Part shown: in pieces, positions 24,174 through 36,131 of the stretch | Position numbering within the stretch: the stretch's first letter is position 1 | Layout of the letters: every line of letters starts with the position of its first letter | Origin: Azolla caroliniana | Taxonomy: Eukaryota; Plantae; Polypodiophyta | DNA: 64,000 bases | Assembly: GCA_043228905.1 (NCBI GenBank) | Contig: JBHGNT010000005.1 | Location: 2,170,001-2,234,000, forward strand | Direction: 5' to 3' | Made by a program: the position numbers and the translations under genes | Notes under the pieces: generated by a model | What the model was told of the DNA's origin: nothing | The model's input: only the letters and a program-made list of their open reading frames with translations | The model's database searches: none

Positions 24174-27100
24174 ATCTGTACGATAAAACCGTGTACAATA
24201 GGTAGGAAATTTTGCTTCTCCGACAGCGGAGCATGTACGATGGTCGGCATCACCGGCCGAGAGAAAACAAAGACGGAGGGGAGACTTCGGGCGTGCGGAG
24301 TTCTCGGCCCTGACGAAGGAATCAACGGAGCCGTGGAGGCAGTCTCCTTCGACGACACCTTGGGGATGCTGGGGAAGGTAGTCGAAGAAGACCTTAACGA
24401 AGACCGGACGATACCGGTATGTTCCGAAGAAATGTACGAAGTCATCGCGGACTTCGGTCGAGGGCTCGAGTCGGAACGGACGGCCCGAGTGAGCACCAAG
24501 TACAAGACGGTGGACCGGAAGGTGAGGCCAGTTGCGGCGCCCTTACCGGAAGGCAGCGAATCCCGAATCAAAGGGGTTGCATGGGACCCCAGCTTACGAG
24601 ATCCGGCCTGCATAGGACACACCTTCACCAACGAGACGCTCCGCGAGCTGAAGATCGGTGGGGGCGGGTTCCTACTGCCGATGGAGGAAGACCGGTTTCG
24701 GAGAATGCTCGGAAGGCACGGGAAAGCCTTCGCATTCTCACCGGAGGAAATCGGGTGCGTAGACCCGACGATCGTAGAGCCAATGGTGATATTCACGGTA
24801 CCGCATGTACCGTGGAATCTCAAGCCAATTTCGGTTCCGAGAGCTCACATCCCGAAGTTGATGGAGCTGTTGAAGCAGAAAGTTGATATGGGCATTCTCG
24901 AGCCGTCGAGCGCCCCGTATTCAAACCGGTGGTTTACCGTACCAAAGAAAAACGGATCATTGCGCTTCATTCAGGACCTGCAACCGGTCAATAGGGTGAC
25001 CATTCGGAACGCAGGAATCGGACCGACCATAGACGAGTTCGCGGAGGCCTTCGCCGGAAGGTCGATTTACTCGGTCGGTGATCTATACTCAGGGTACGAC
25101 CAGTTCCAGCTAGCCGTGGAGAGCAGAGACATCACGACGATGCGAACTCCCCTCGGCCTCGTGCGGATGTGTACGCTGCCGCAAGGAGGGACCAACTCGG
25201 TGGCCCACATGGTGAATGCAATGAACAAGGTGCTGAGGGACTGCATCCCGGACATCACCATGCCGTTTCTAGACGACATCCCGATCAAGGGATGCCCGGT
25301 AGAAGACAGGGACGAGACGATCGGGCCGGACGGATGCCGGCGATTCGTGGTAATGCACATCGACGACTGCGAGAAGGTGCTGCAAAGGCTAGAGGATGCG
25401 AGGCTCACCTTCTCGGGGGAGAAATCAGCCTTCGGGCAGTCGGAAATCATGGTGGTCGGACACTTATGTGGGCCATATGGCCGGAAACCGTCTCCGGCAA
25501 AGGTAGAAGCCATCTCCGCGATGAAGCCCGTCTGCGGCTCGGTCACGGAAGTACGAAGATTCCTGGGGGCATGCGCATTCTACCACATATGGATCCCGCA
25601 TTACGCCCACGTTGCGGAGCCGCTATACGGACTATTGAGGAAAGGGCGAAGATTCGAATGGCTAGACGAGCACACGGAGTCGGTCCGGAAGCTGAAGGAG
25701 GCTCTTTCGGCAGCACCGGCGCTCCGGAAGGCCGTCTACAGGAAGGGCACCCCAGTGTACATAACGGTTGACACGAGTCCGACCGGAATCGGGTGGGTCG
25801 TCAACCAAGAAGACGAGGACGGCAATCGGTTTCCGATCCGATTCGGCGCGAAGGTCCTCAGCGAACGACAGCGAGGATACGCCCAGGTTAAACGCGAACT
25901 CTGGGGTATCGTTTCGGCGGTAAAGGCCGACAAGGACTATCTGATCGGGACAGAGGTAATCATAGAGACGGACTGCATGCCGATTCTCGGCATGGTTTCC
26001 GGATGCGCGACGCCGGACCTGGCAATGCTCAGGTGGATAGCGTACATCAAGTCCCTGGACCCGGAAATACGACACATTTCCGGGAAAGACAACGCCATGG
26101 CCGACATGCTTTCAAGGGCGAGATTCGATGACGAGGGCGGCATGGTTTCGGAGGACGAAGAGGTCGGCGTGGACTTCTTCGAGACTGCGTATGTAACAAC
26201 CGACGGAACAAGCACTCCGGCGCTTAACGACTTCGACGCGAGCAAGTACGACGGGGAGTGGCTGCAGATCGGTGGGTTTTTGAAGACGATGACGCCCGAT
26301 GCGTCATGGACGAAGGACGAGGCCAACCGGATCCGGAGGAAAGCGTACCGGTTCTTTCTCCGGGATGGCTACCTATGGAAGCACCCGAAGAAGAGGGACG
26401 GCGCTCCGCTCCGGGTGGTGGCGATGAAGGAAGAACAGGAGGAGCTGCTGACGGCCTACCACGACAGCCCTTGGGCTGGACACCGTGGAACATGGGCTAC
26501 GTTTGAGAAACTAAAGGGGAAGTATTGGTGGCCGGGGCAGTACCAGGACGTGCATCGGTTCGTGACAACTTGCGAGAGCTGTCAGATGCACTCCATAGTC
26601 CGACATCGGGACGAGCTTCACCCCACGTACCCTCCGACCATCCACTTCAAATGGATGGTAGATCTGGTAACGATGCCAATGGGAGTAGGACAGATGCGGT
26701 ACCTGGTCCTAGCGCGGGAGGATCTGACGAACCAGGTGGAAGGCCGGGCCCTTCCGAACAAAACGACCGCGGCCGTATGCCGGTTCCTAATCGAAGACGT
26801 GATATGCCGGTACGGGTGCGTCGGGAAGATCGTGGCTGACCGAGGGGAGTTGGACGCCGAAGAAGCCGCGGAGCTGTTCGACCGGCTGGGAGTCAAGCTC
26901 TCGCTCACCACTGCGTACAATCCGGAGGCGAATGGGAAGGTGGAGCGCGGACACGGGCCGATCGTCAAGGCGTTGGTTCGGGCATGCGGAGGCCAAGTCG
27001 GTAACTGGCCGCGGCTGCTACCTTATGCCTTGTGGGCCGACCGGACCACGCACAGTTCGGTAACCGGGTACATGCCGACGGAGCTCATGTTCGGCCAGAA

Positions 27101-27596
27101 GCCGATCATGCCGATGGAACGGACGATCTCCTCGTGCGCAACGGTCGACTGGAGGGACGAGATGAACCGGGAGGAGTTGTTGGCCGCGCGTATACGACAG
27201 CTCGAGCGGAGACCGGAGGACGTGGAACTGGCTGCGGAGAGGCTCCGGGTGGCGAGGGCAAAGAACAAAGCCAGGTTCGACCGAACGCACCGGCTCCGAC
27301 CGAAGAAGATCGAAGAAGGTGACTGGGTGCTCGTCTACGACAGCAGCCTCGACAACCAGCACCGAGCTACACGGAAGTTCGCACAAAGGTGGTTTGGGCC
27401 TTACGTGGTACGGAGCGCCAATGACAACGGGACATATCACCTGGCGGAACTTGACGGCACGAGAGTGGCGATACCGGTTGCAGGGAAACGGATCAAAGCG
27501 TTCAAGAAGCGACACGACGACGAGCCCGACCCGGCTCTCCTGGTCGGCAGGGACGAACGATCCGAAAACGAGGAGGAACCGACAGGCGAGGAATGA
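24114..27596 (+). CDS. pol: Gypsy B Pol (RT-RNase H-integrase), probably entered by -1 frameshift (first ATG at 24240)
   Basis: 1118-aa ORF; FLDD, TVDTS, H-H-CC zinc domain, DDE core, GPY motif; no chromodomain seen. Confidence 0.93.
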   Translation, partial: LERTAKAWGRDSPDAPGNPHICTIKPCTIGRKFCFSDSGACTMVGITGREKTKTEGRLRACGVLGPDEGINGAVEAVSFDDTLGMLGKVVEEDLNEDRTIPVCSEEMYEVIADFGRGLESERTARVSTKYKTVDRKVRPVAAPLPEGSESRIKGVAWDPSLRDPACIGHTFTNETLRELKIGGGGFLLPMEEDRFRRMLGRHGKAFAFSPEEIGCVDPTIVEPMVIFTVPHVPWNLKPISVPRAHIPKLMELLKQKVDMGILEPSSAPYSNRWFTVPKKNGSLRFIQDLQPVNRVTIRNAGIGPTIDEFAEAFAGRSIYSVGDLYSGYDQFQLAVESRDITTMRTPLGLVRMCTLPQGGTNSVAHMVNAMNKVLRDCIPDITMPFLDDIPIKGCPVEDRDETIGPDGCRRFVVMHIDDCEKVLQRLEDARLTFSGEKSAFGQSEIMVVGHLCGPYGRKPSPAKVEAISAMKPVCGSVTEVRRFLGACAFYHIWIPHYAHVAEPLYGLLRKGRRFEWLDEHTESVRKLKEALSAAPALRKAVYRKGTPVYITVDTSPTGIGWVVNQEDEDGNRFPIRFGAKVLSERQRGYAQVKRELWGIVSAVKADKDYLIGTEVIIETDCMPILGMVSGCATPDLAMLRWIAYIKSLDPEIRHISGKDNAMADMLSRARFDDEGGMVSEDEEVGVDFFETAYVTTDGTSTPALNDFDASKYDGEWLQIGGFLKTMTPDASWTKDEANRIRRKAYRFFLRDGYLWKHPKKRDGAPLRVVAMKEEQEELLTAYHDSPWAGHRGTWATFEKLKGKYWWPGQYQDVHRFVTTCESCQMHSIVRHRDELHPTYPPTIHFKWMVDLVTMPMGVGQMRYLVLAREDLTNQVEGRALPNKTTAAVCRFLIEDVICRYGCVGKIVADRGELDAEEAAELFDRLGVKLSLTTAYNPEANGKVERGHGPIVKALVRACGGQVGNWPRLLPYALWADRTTHSSVTGYMPTELMFGQKPIMPMERTISSCATVDWRDEMNREELLAARIRQLERRPEDVELAAERLRVARAKNKARFDRTHRLRPKKIEEGDWVLVYDSSLDNQHRATRKFAQRWFGPYVVRSANDNGTYHLAELDGTRVAIPVAGKRIKAFKKRHDDEPDPALLVGRDERSENEEEPTGEE

Positions 27597-27667
27597 AGAC
27601 GGGCCGGTTTTCTCCGTCCCAACTCTCCTGGCGCATACCGGAGGATGCGCGGTTAGGTGGGGGCGGA

Positions 27668-28450
27668 TGTCGTGAAGAAAACCGTCCCTAAGTGGAATCA
27701 GCACACCGAGGCGTGGGAACCGGTTCTTCACACGCGCACGCTCCAAGTTGTACATAGAGTCGAATTAAGAGGATAATCGGCAGGAACGGGCCCTAACACG
27801 AGTGGAGACAAAGACCGCGCGAACAGTCTTTTCGGTCACGCGCGCGAACTGTACGAGTCGGCGGCGTAACTACGCGGATGCGTGAAGAACGGAGCGGATC
27901 CCTGTCCAAAAGGGACAGGGAATAAAGCTGACATGACGGCCTGCTCGTCGGCCTATATAAGGAGCAGGAAAGAGCTGTTGCAGGGATCTCGCGCGGAGAG
28001 GACGAAGTGTTGTCGGACCGTTTCTGGACGCTTCTCTCTCTGCTTTCCCCCCCCTTCTTGAGCTCCATAGCTTTCTGTGCAGGGTTCCGAGGAGGCTCGC
28101 GCTGTTTCGAGGAACACCCGAGTGCTTCCGGCAGCACCTCCGACCTGCTTCCCCTTTGTGCGTCGAAGCGAACAGGCATCGGCATCTGTTCGCCGGCCTG
28201 TTCGGTTGTAACCAACCTGCGCCCCGTCGAGGGTTGTAGTCGTGCTAGCCATTTTGTTAATATACGTATTCAGTCATTCGCATCTGTCTGTGCCGGTGTC
28301 TATCGCGTTCTCCGTATTGAGGGCCGTGTCCCTGCGTATCCCCGGTCCTGCGTAGCCGGTTCTCTCTCTTTCTCCTCCCTCGCTTGCTCTTTGGTTCGAG
28401 ACCCCCGCGGTCCCGCCTCGTTTCACACGCACTTGCGTAATATCTCGACA
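27668..28450 (+). repeat. 3' LTR of gypsy B
   Basis: Direct repeat of 21164-21946. Confidence 0.96.
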
Positions 28451-28454
28451 CCGT

Positions 28455-28809
28455 TGCGTTGTCAACCACGGAGGCGGAGTACATGGCGGCTGTGGAAGCC
28501 AGCAACGAAATATTATGGATGAAGGACTTCATCGGAGAGCTTGGTATCCGGCAAGATGAATACCGGCTCTATTGCGACAGTCAAAGTGCCATCCACCTTG
28601 CTAAGAATGCGGCCTACCATTCCCGGACGAAGCATATCCAACGAAGGTATCATTAGATCCAGGAAAGAGTAGATGAACAGGAGTTCGTGTTGACGAAGAT
28701 CCACACGGCCGAGAACGGGTCAGATATGCTGACCAAAGTACTGATACCCGACAAGTTAGATGCATGCCGGAAGCGGATCGGACTAGTAAGACACCCCATG
28801 CCGGAGTGA
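28455..28809 (+). pseudogene. Copia RNase H C-terminal part
   Basis: ALSTTEAEY, YCDSQSAIHLAKN, HSRTKHI, KIHTAENGSDMLTK; one TAG. Confidence 0.92.
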
Positions 28810-28948
28810 AGGGGGAGTTCGCACTGACGAAGATCCACACGGCCGAGAACGGGTCAGGTAGGCTGACCAAAGTACTGATACCCGACAAGCTGGATGCATG
28901 CCGGAAGCGGATCGGACTAGTAAGACACCCCATCCCGGAGTGAAGGGA

Positions 28949-29758
28949 GGCCGAAACCGGATGTGGAGTACCCGGCTACGGAAGACCCGGTGAGAACCGG
29001 ACGAGGAGTACCCAGCTACGGAAGACCCGGTGAGAACCGGACGAGGAGTACCCGGCTATGGAAGACCCGGTGAGAACCGGACGAGGAGTACTCGGCTACG
29101 GAAGACCCGGTGAGAACCGGACGAGGAGTACCCATCTACGAAAGACCCGGTGAGAACAGGATGAGGAGTACCCGGCAAGAGCCGGATGGTGAAGGCCCGG
29201 TGAGAAGTGCTCACCGGATGAAGGGACATATTCGCAAATATGTTTTCTGAGGGTCCATCGGGGCTATATTTGTAAATAGCTGAAAAGATTAGTATAAATA
29301 TGACTTAAGGCAAGTGTAATGTGTTGTTGTCATTTCTTGTTGGTGCAAGATTTGAGAGCGTAACAACGTACAGAGAGAGATAGAGAGGAAGAGGTCGTTG
29401 CCTCTGTTTGTAACCGCCGCCTGTGGCAAAGATAGAAAGCTCAAGGTTGTTGCCTCGGTGCTTTACTATTGTATATTGTAACATAGTGATAGTTTGCAGC
29501 CTGTTGGTTGCCGTGGGTTTTCCACATAAACATCCTGCGTACTCTTCTCTCCATTGTGTCGTGCATTCATTCCCGTTTTCTGTGTGTGATTCTAAGCCTC
29601 GGTTGTGGCCGAGCGTAGTTCATCGTGAACATGTAGTTCGTGTTAGTTTATTCCCTGTCCTTTCGGACAGGGATACGCCTCGATTCCCTCCGTACTAAAT
29701 GCGTGCTGCTTAGGATTTCGCCTCAGGCGACTTGTACCTACCTACGGACTATACAACA
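28949..29758 (+). repeat. Copia 3' LTR with 40-bp U3 tandem repeats (about 28958-29176, about 5.5 copies)
   Basis: GAAGACCCGG-type unit recurs at 28981, 29021, 29061, 29101 and 29141; TATAAATA at 29293; ends CAACA; 5' TG terminus not found. Confidence 0.75.
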
Positions 29759-30072
29759 AAACTTGTGCCCATGTGTAAGGGCCGATTTAAGCACATTGTC
29801 GTGAAGAATTTCGGCCAGAGGCAGAAACCGGGAAACATTGGCTACATTGGCGGGGTGCGGCATGTGTGTTCACCCTTGTACATTTAGTGTGAATAACGAG
29901 GGCGCCTTTATGGCGCCGAAGAGTAGTGAAGTCGGGACAGACGATCCCATGTAAGTCGGGATTTATCCCACATTGTAACACATCCCTCTCCTTGTTCTAA
30001 AAAAGGAAGGGAGCGCCCTTTGAGAAAGGGGTTGCCCATTTTGCGTTAGAGGATATACCGCTAGATTTAGGG

Positions 30073-30105
<33 letters not shown>

Positions 30106-30376
30106 CTTCTTCTCCCCCTTCGTGTTCACTTAGGGTTGGCTTCAGCTCGTCTCCTGCGCAAGACCCCGCTCGGCGCGACAAGCCCGTGAGCTCCCGACCT
30201 ACGGCTTGGCAGCCGACGACTACTGTAACCTACCTTGGACCGGCTCGAAGCCGGGAATGTATTCTTCCTTTTATATATATACATTTGCGTCTGCCTGTGT
30301 ATATTGGTGTCTCTGTTGGTGTCAGGTGCTTCCCCTTTCCTGCGTTTCCTGTACATAAGGGCATGAGTCGGGTCGG

Positions 30377-30416
<40 letters not shown>

Positions 30417-33019
30417 TGAGTCGGTGTCAAGCACGCGCTCCCTCTCTTTCTCCCTCTCCCTTCGGTTGCTTCCGGTGTCCTTCTGGGATGCCCCGGAAAC
30501 GGTGAAGTACAACTTCCTACGCTCCGTCACCCCCTAGTCCAAGACCCCCATGGTCCCGCCTTTCTCCACGCACACGCGTAACAACGCGACATATTTGGTG
30601 AACCCGACGTGAAAGGTGGCAAGGGAGGATGGAGTCGGAAGACGACGACCTCGCGGTGATGGTGGCTGAAGTGGTGTTGGAGTCGGCACGAGTGGTGATG
30701 AGGCGAGAAGCAGCGCAACAAGCGGTCGAGTGAGTGGTCGAAAGAGTTGGCCGTTTCAACGGGGACAAAGTCCCATCTTACTTGGAAGCCTACAATGCGG
30801 AAATGGAGGACGTGGCGTAGACGAGTCGTTGAGGCTGGAGTTCTTCTGTCGGGTCGTAGTTGTTCGGATGCGTGTGGAAGTAAAGGAGCTTTGTGAGGCT
30901 CATAGTTCGTGGGAGGCCTTCGAAGAGGCGCTCCTGAAGGCATACGAAGGACGGCGGAAGAGCCGGGGACGACACGACTTTGACCAGTGGGTAGCATCGG
31001 CAAAGACCCACCGTGGCGCGACCAAGGCGTTCTGAGAGTTCGAGCGACGGCTTGCTCGGCTCCCGGAGCGGGAACAAGGTTTGGTGGGGGCGGACAAGGT
31101 CCTATTGTTCGTCAGGTCGATGGACTGAGCGGAACGGGAGGCCATCGGGATTGAGCTCGAAGACGATGATGGAGTGAATGGGCTTACGGAGGACTGGTCG
31201 AAGGTCGGAAGGGTGTGCCAACGGCTAGACAATGAGCGAGCCAAGAAGGCTAAGAGGAAGGTACGCGACGGTGTGCCATCACAGCGGGAAGAGGCCAAAC
31301 GGCAAAGAGAGTCGGCAAGGGTCTGCGTTGGGGCCAGGATTGCAGAGGCGTACGCAACTCTCGAGGCGATGCTCGAGGAAGAGGAAAGACCGAGGCCGCA
31401 AGCAGAGACTGAGGAGACGGACTTGCCCCACGCGATGGCGGAAGATCGGTACCACGGTACCACGGGAGAGGGTGCGGAACAAAACGCCCTCTCGACTTGC
31501 GGAGATAGAACGGCCAAGGACGAGGCCGAGATACAGATCACGGAACCGGATAGTTGGGACCAGCGGTTTCGGGCGTGTCAGCCCGAAACCCCGGAAATCG
31601 GAGAAGCAAGCCCAGGCGGGGCTTGCGCGATCGGTAAGAAGACGACCGCCGACCACAAAGAGTCGGTGGCTACGGACAAGGGCATAAAACGGACGGGCGA
31701 TTCTTTGTGTCTTCCCACACTTGCTCCTGAGATGATGGCAGTCGGGCCCGAGTGCCCACGTGAGTCCCAAGCGGAGGAAGGCGGTGGCGAAAGACCAAGA
31801 ATCACCGGCGAGACGATACGGGGAAGGAACAGACGAAAGCCCTCGGACCCGATTCCGGAGAACTCGGCATTCCGGAGACCGAGGAGATGTATGGTGGTAC
31901 CGAGGAGTCCTGGCATGATGCCAGCGAAGATGGATGGGAAACGGCCTGTGAGGAGGCCGAGGACGGACGCGGCACGAGGAGATCGGCATTCCAATGCGGA
32001 TGGAGCAGAATCCGGTCGTGGATCATTCGATCAGGGCCTGATTCGATACGAAAGAGGATGCGGGACGAGCCGCCCTCTTTTACATGGGGAGAAAGACCGA
32101 CCAGGTGAAGGTCGGGAATTGGAAAGGAAGGTGATCAAAGGTTCAGAACAAGTCTGGCAAGGTCGGCATCAGAGCCGAAACTCCGGACATTGGAGAATCA
32201 TGCTCAGGCAGGGCTTGATTGATCACAGAGCGGATGCTATCCACCGACACCACTAAAAGGGGCGGTGGCCTGGATGAGTTGCAGAAAGACGTTGCGAAAT
32301 CAGTTACGCCACATCTTATCCGGAGACTTCGGTTGTTCGGCCGACGGGGCAACGTCAGACCAAAAGAGATGGACGACGGAGGCGGGAATGCAGCAAGGAG
32401 AGCAAAGACAAGTTCGGGAGGAGTACAAAGGACGAAGAGGAGAACGAAGACCGGCCCTACAGAGATCCTTACACCGATCCGGCTGTCGGCCCGAGTGCCG
32501 ACGTGAGTCCTATAGGAGAGATCGGTGGCGACAGGAGAACGGGACCCGGCAATCCGGAGAAGGACGAACAGACCCGGACGAGAACCGGGCGGAACGGACT
32601 CCCGGATGACCATTCCGGGAGGGAGGAAGAAATCAGGCCTACGAAGAGGCCGAGGAGACGGTACGTCGGGACCACAGGAGAGGGTGCGGAGTAAACCGCC
32701 CTCTCGGCATGCGGAAAAGGACGACCCGAGACAGGGTCAGGAAGACAAATCGGAGGCCCAAGGAGGATCCTTCACACCGGTTCTACAGAAACCGACGGTC
32801 CGCCCGAGAGCCGGCGGTCGGCCTGAAGTGACGAACGGTGGCAGCGAGGGGACGAAGGCAAAGGGCTATGGATGGGCGGTCTACGAAGATCCTCACACCG
32901 ATCCGGTGGTCGGCCCGAGAGCCGGCGTGAGTCCTATAGAAAGGACGGTGGCGGCAGGGGAACGTGACCAACAGAAGAGGATGGCGAAGGCAGAGCGGAG
33001 CAGCTATGACCTTACACGC

Positions 33020-33700
33020 TGTCGTGAAGATTTTCGTCCACAAGCGGAAACCCGAGCAACGAGAGCCAAAGAGCGATGTGCAACGTTGCACACGTACATA
33101 ATGTATTTGTAATAGTAATAAAGGTATAAAGGTGATGTGGTTGTACGCACATCCACGCGAGAGAGAGAGAGAGAGAGGTACTATGCGGTACATAGGTACC
33201 TAGTTGTTTGTGAGGAGGTGGGAGTTAAGGGGCCATCAATCTCACCCTCCCCCAAATCAAGGCAAATATCCCCTTTGAATGAAAGGGGATATTTTAGTCT
33301 CACCTTTGTAAGCAGTCTTCCGTCCTTGTGCTATAAAAGGAGAGAGAAGGCACCATTGTGGGGGTTGCCTATTTTGTGTGAGTAAGGTATACCACTTAGT
33401 CGAGGGTTCTACTTCTTCCCATTTCGTTTTAGGGTTAGGGTTTCGGTTAGGGTTTTCTTCTTGGGTTTTCCTTTAGGGTTTTTCATATAGTCGTTTGGTG
33501 CGGCCATGGCGGCCACCATTTGTTGTAATCATTCATTTCTTAATAGAACTTCTTGTTGAGTATCTTGATTGCACCTTCTTCTTCTAACATAATGTCATAT
33601 TCGTTCTCTTCTCCTCTTGAGCTAATCTTTCTCCTCCACTCCCTAGTCCAAGACCCCCGTGGTCCCGCCCTTCTACACGCACGCGCGTAACAACGCGACA
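33020..33700 (+). mobile_element. Solo LTR D (681 bp)
   Basis: TGTCGTG...CGCGACA with perfect TSD ACGC. Confidence 0.92.
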
Positions 33701-34481
33701 ACGCACTGATTCTAGAGACTCCGGCAGCCGACGACAAGAGGAGGCGTGAGACCTAGAGTAAGGGACGGTGGCGGCGGCAAGGCGGGCAACCGAAGCCTGA
33801 AGGGGAGGTCCCACGAAGACACAAACACCGATCCGGCGGTCGGCCCAAGTGCCGGCGTCAGTCCTACAGGTGAGATCGGTGGTGGAAGGAGAACGTGATC
33901 GGACAACAGGAGGCAACGAACGGCAAGGAGGTATGAGGCCGGCGAGGCGGCTACGAACCAAATCGGACCTTCCGGCAAGGTCTTGGCATAACGAAGTCCG
34001 GTCCTACGGGATCCCCACACCGAACCAGAGACTCCGGCAGTTCGGCCAACGTGGCAACATGAGACCGAGAGAGAAGGTTGGTGGCAGCGGGAAACGGGAC
34101 CCGGCAACACGAAGACGGAAACCGGCCACGCAGAAGACACGAGGAGAGTCGTGAAGGACTCCGACAAAAGACACCCGGATCTCAGCAAGCGACGAAACAA
34201 AGACAGGTCCTATGGGACCCTCACACCGATCCGAAGACTCCGGCAGTTCGGCCAACGTGGCAACGTGAGACCTAGGGAGAAGGACGGTGGCGGCAGGGAA
34301 CGGAACCCAATGACACGAGGTAGCGGATCGGGAGTCGGTAAGACGGGGCGGACGAAGTGCGAAACCCTCACCGGCCGGTTACGGTTTCGGAAGTAGCTGG
34401 TAGGGGCAAACACAAGGAGGTGTGTCGGGCCGGAAAGGCACACCTGGGACGGAATAAGAGTCTCGTCAGTGGCCATCGCGG

Positions 34482-35131
34482 TGTCGGGTTGCTACGCGCG
34501 TGCGTGGAGAACGAGGCGGGACCACCGGGGTCTTGAACCAAAGAGCAGGTGATAGAAGGGGAAAGAGAAAGAGAGAGACGCTCGGTTACGTATGAGCAAA
34601 GAAACTCAGGGACACGGCCCTGTCAACGCAGAAGACACGAATGGACACAAAGACAGAGAGACACGAATGTTTGTATATTAATGAATGACAAATAAACAAC
34701 AGAACACGCGAGCTGTTACAACCGAACAGGCCGGCGAACAGATGTCGATGCCTGCTCGTCTGCGCACGAAAGGGGATAGGATGGAGGTGCTGCCGGAAGC
34801 ACACAGGCGTTCCTCGAAGCAGCGCGAGCCTCCCGAAAACCTGCAGAGAAGAGCGATGGAGAACGAACAGAGGAGAAGCGTTCGGTTTCGGTCCGACAGC
34901 ACTTCGTCCTCCTCAATAATATATTCCCCCCTATCTCCCCGCGTCTCCCTCTCTTTTATAGCTTCAAGAGGGGAGCCGTTTCCCTCATTAACTTCCTACC
35001 TACCGAATCTAACTACCTAGGATATACCTTTGTACCCCATTCTCTATTATATACATTAAAGGGCGCGCACGCGTGAAGAGCCGGTTCACGCTATGCACCG
35101 ATTACGCTAAGGGACGGTTTTCTTCACAACA
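34482..35131 (-). mobile_element. Solo LTR E (650 bp), related to the A LTR
   Basis: Shares CCGAACAGGCCGGCGAACAGATG and terminal blocks with A; perfect TSD GCGG. Confidence 0.92.
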
Positions 35132-36099
35132 GCGGGCCGGATCAAAGCGTGACTACGGGACGGTGTTCGGCGAAGACGGTGCCGAACAAAGGAAGCGGAA
35201 GACGGCACAAGGGAGGTGCCGGGAACGAGGTGCCGGGAACGAGGTGACGGGTGCCTAGTGGACTGCACATGGTCGGAGTCAGGGGATGGCAAGAGAGGCC
35301 GGAGGAGGATCCTCCACACTTGCTTCGTAGATCTCGGTAGCTCCGTCGAAGTAGCGAAGACTAACACGGCAAGCCCAGGGTGACAAGTTGGTGGGGGCGA
35401 GGGGACGATGGCAAGCGGAAGACTCAGGACCAGTTGCAGCAGCACGAAGATGGGAAGGGCCAAGCGGGCTACTACGGGGTGTTCCTCAGGTGCGGAGGAC
35501 ACCAGTATGCGGGTGAGCGGCAATGCGCGATCTGGCCGGGAAACGGGCCGACAAGGCGTGCAATGAACCGGAGTACGACACAGCTAGTGCCAAACAACGG
35601 ACGAGGGTATGTGGCACACGGAGGTGCCGGAGCAGAAAGGCGAGCACGGAGATGGGTTGCGCGGTCAGGGAGGTAAGCGCGAAGGAAGAACCAAAGCTGA
35701 TGGATCAAACCGGCAGCGAGCCGGGGTGCGGATTACGGAAGACCGGTTTTTCACCGGCCGAAATCTCTCACCCTTCACCGGGTTTGGCACGTACCGGTGG
35801 ACGTGCGGTTAGGTTGGGGCGGATGTCGTGAAGAATTTCGGCCAGAGGCGGAAACCGGGAAACATTGGCTACATCGGCGGGGTGCGGCATGTGTGTTCAC
35901 CCTTGTACATTTAGTGTGAATAACGAGGGCGCCTTTATGGCACCGAAGAGTAGTCAAGTCGGGACAGACGATCCCATGTAAGTCGGGATTTATCCCACAT
36001 TGTAACGCATCCCTCTCCTTGTTCTAAAAAAGGAAGGGAGCGCCCTTTGAGAAAGGGGTTGCCCATTTTGCGTTAGAGGGTATACCGCTAGATTTAGGG

Positions 36100-36131
<32 letters not shown>

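Larger units (their letters stand above)
21164..28450 (+). mobile_element. Ty3/gypsy element B, full-length and apparently intact (7287 bp)
   Basis: 783-bp LTRs at 21164-21946 and 27668-28450 with about 2 visible differences; TSD CCGT (21160-21163, 28451-28454); PBS 21951-21968; PPT 27651-27667; uninterrupted ORFs. Confidence 0.97.
1..29758 (+). mobile_element. Ty1/copia LTR retrotransposon (Tork/Tnt1-like), 5' part outside the window, interrupted by gypsy A and gypsy B
   Basis: Integrase (1-346), RT (20199-21163) and RNase H (28455-28809) rejoin in frame when A and B plus one TSD copy each are removed (VYV|HVAKD; QKTV|ALSTTEAEY). PPT GAAGGGGGAG at about 28808; LTR ends ...CAACA at 29758. 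Confidence 0.9.

Noticed and set aside
28958-29176. 40-bp repeats as a CRISPR or iteron array
   Set aside because: Head-to-tail units with no spacers, inside a copia LTR U3
33428-33480. Interstitial telomere
   Set aside because: Only a few imperfect units and part of an LTR
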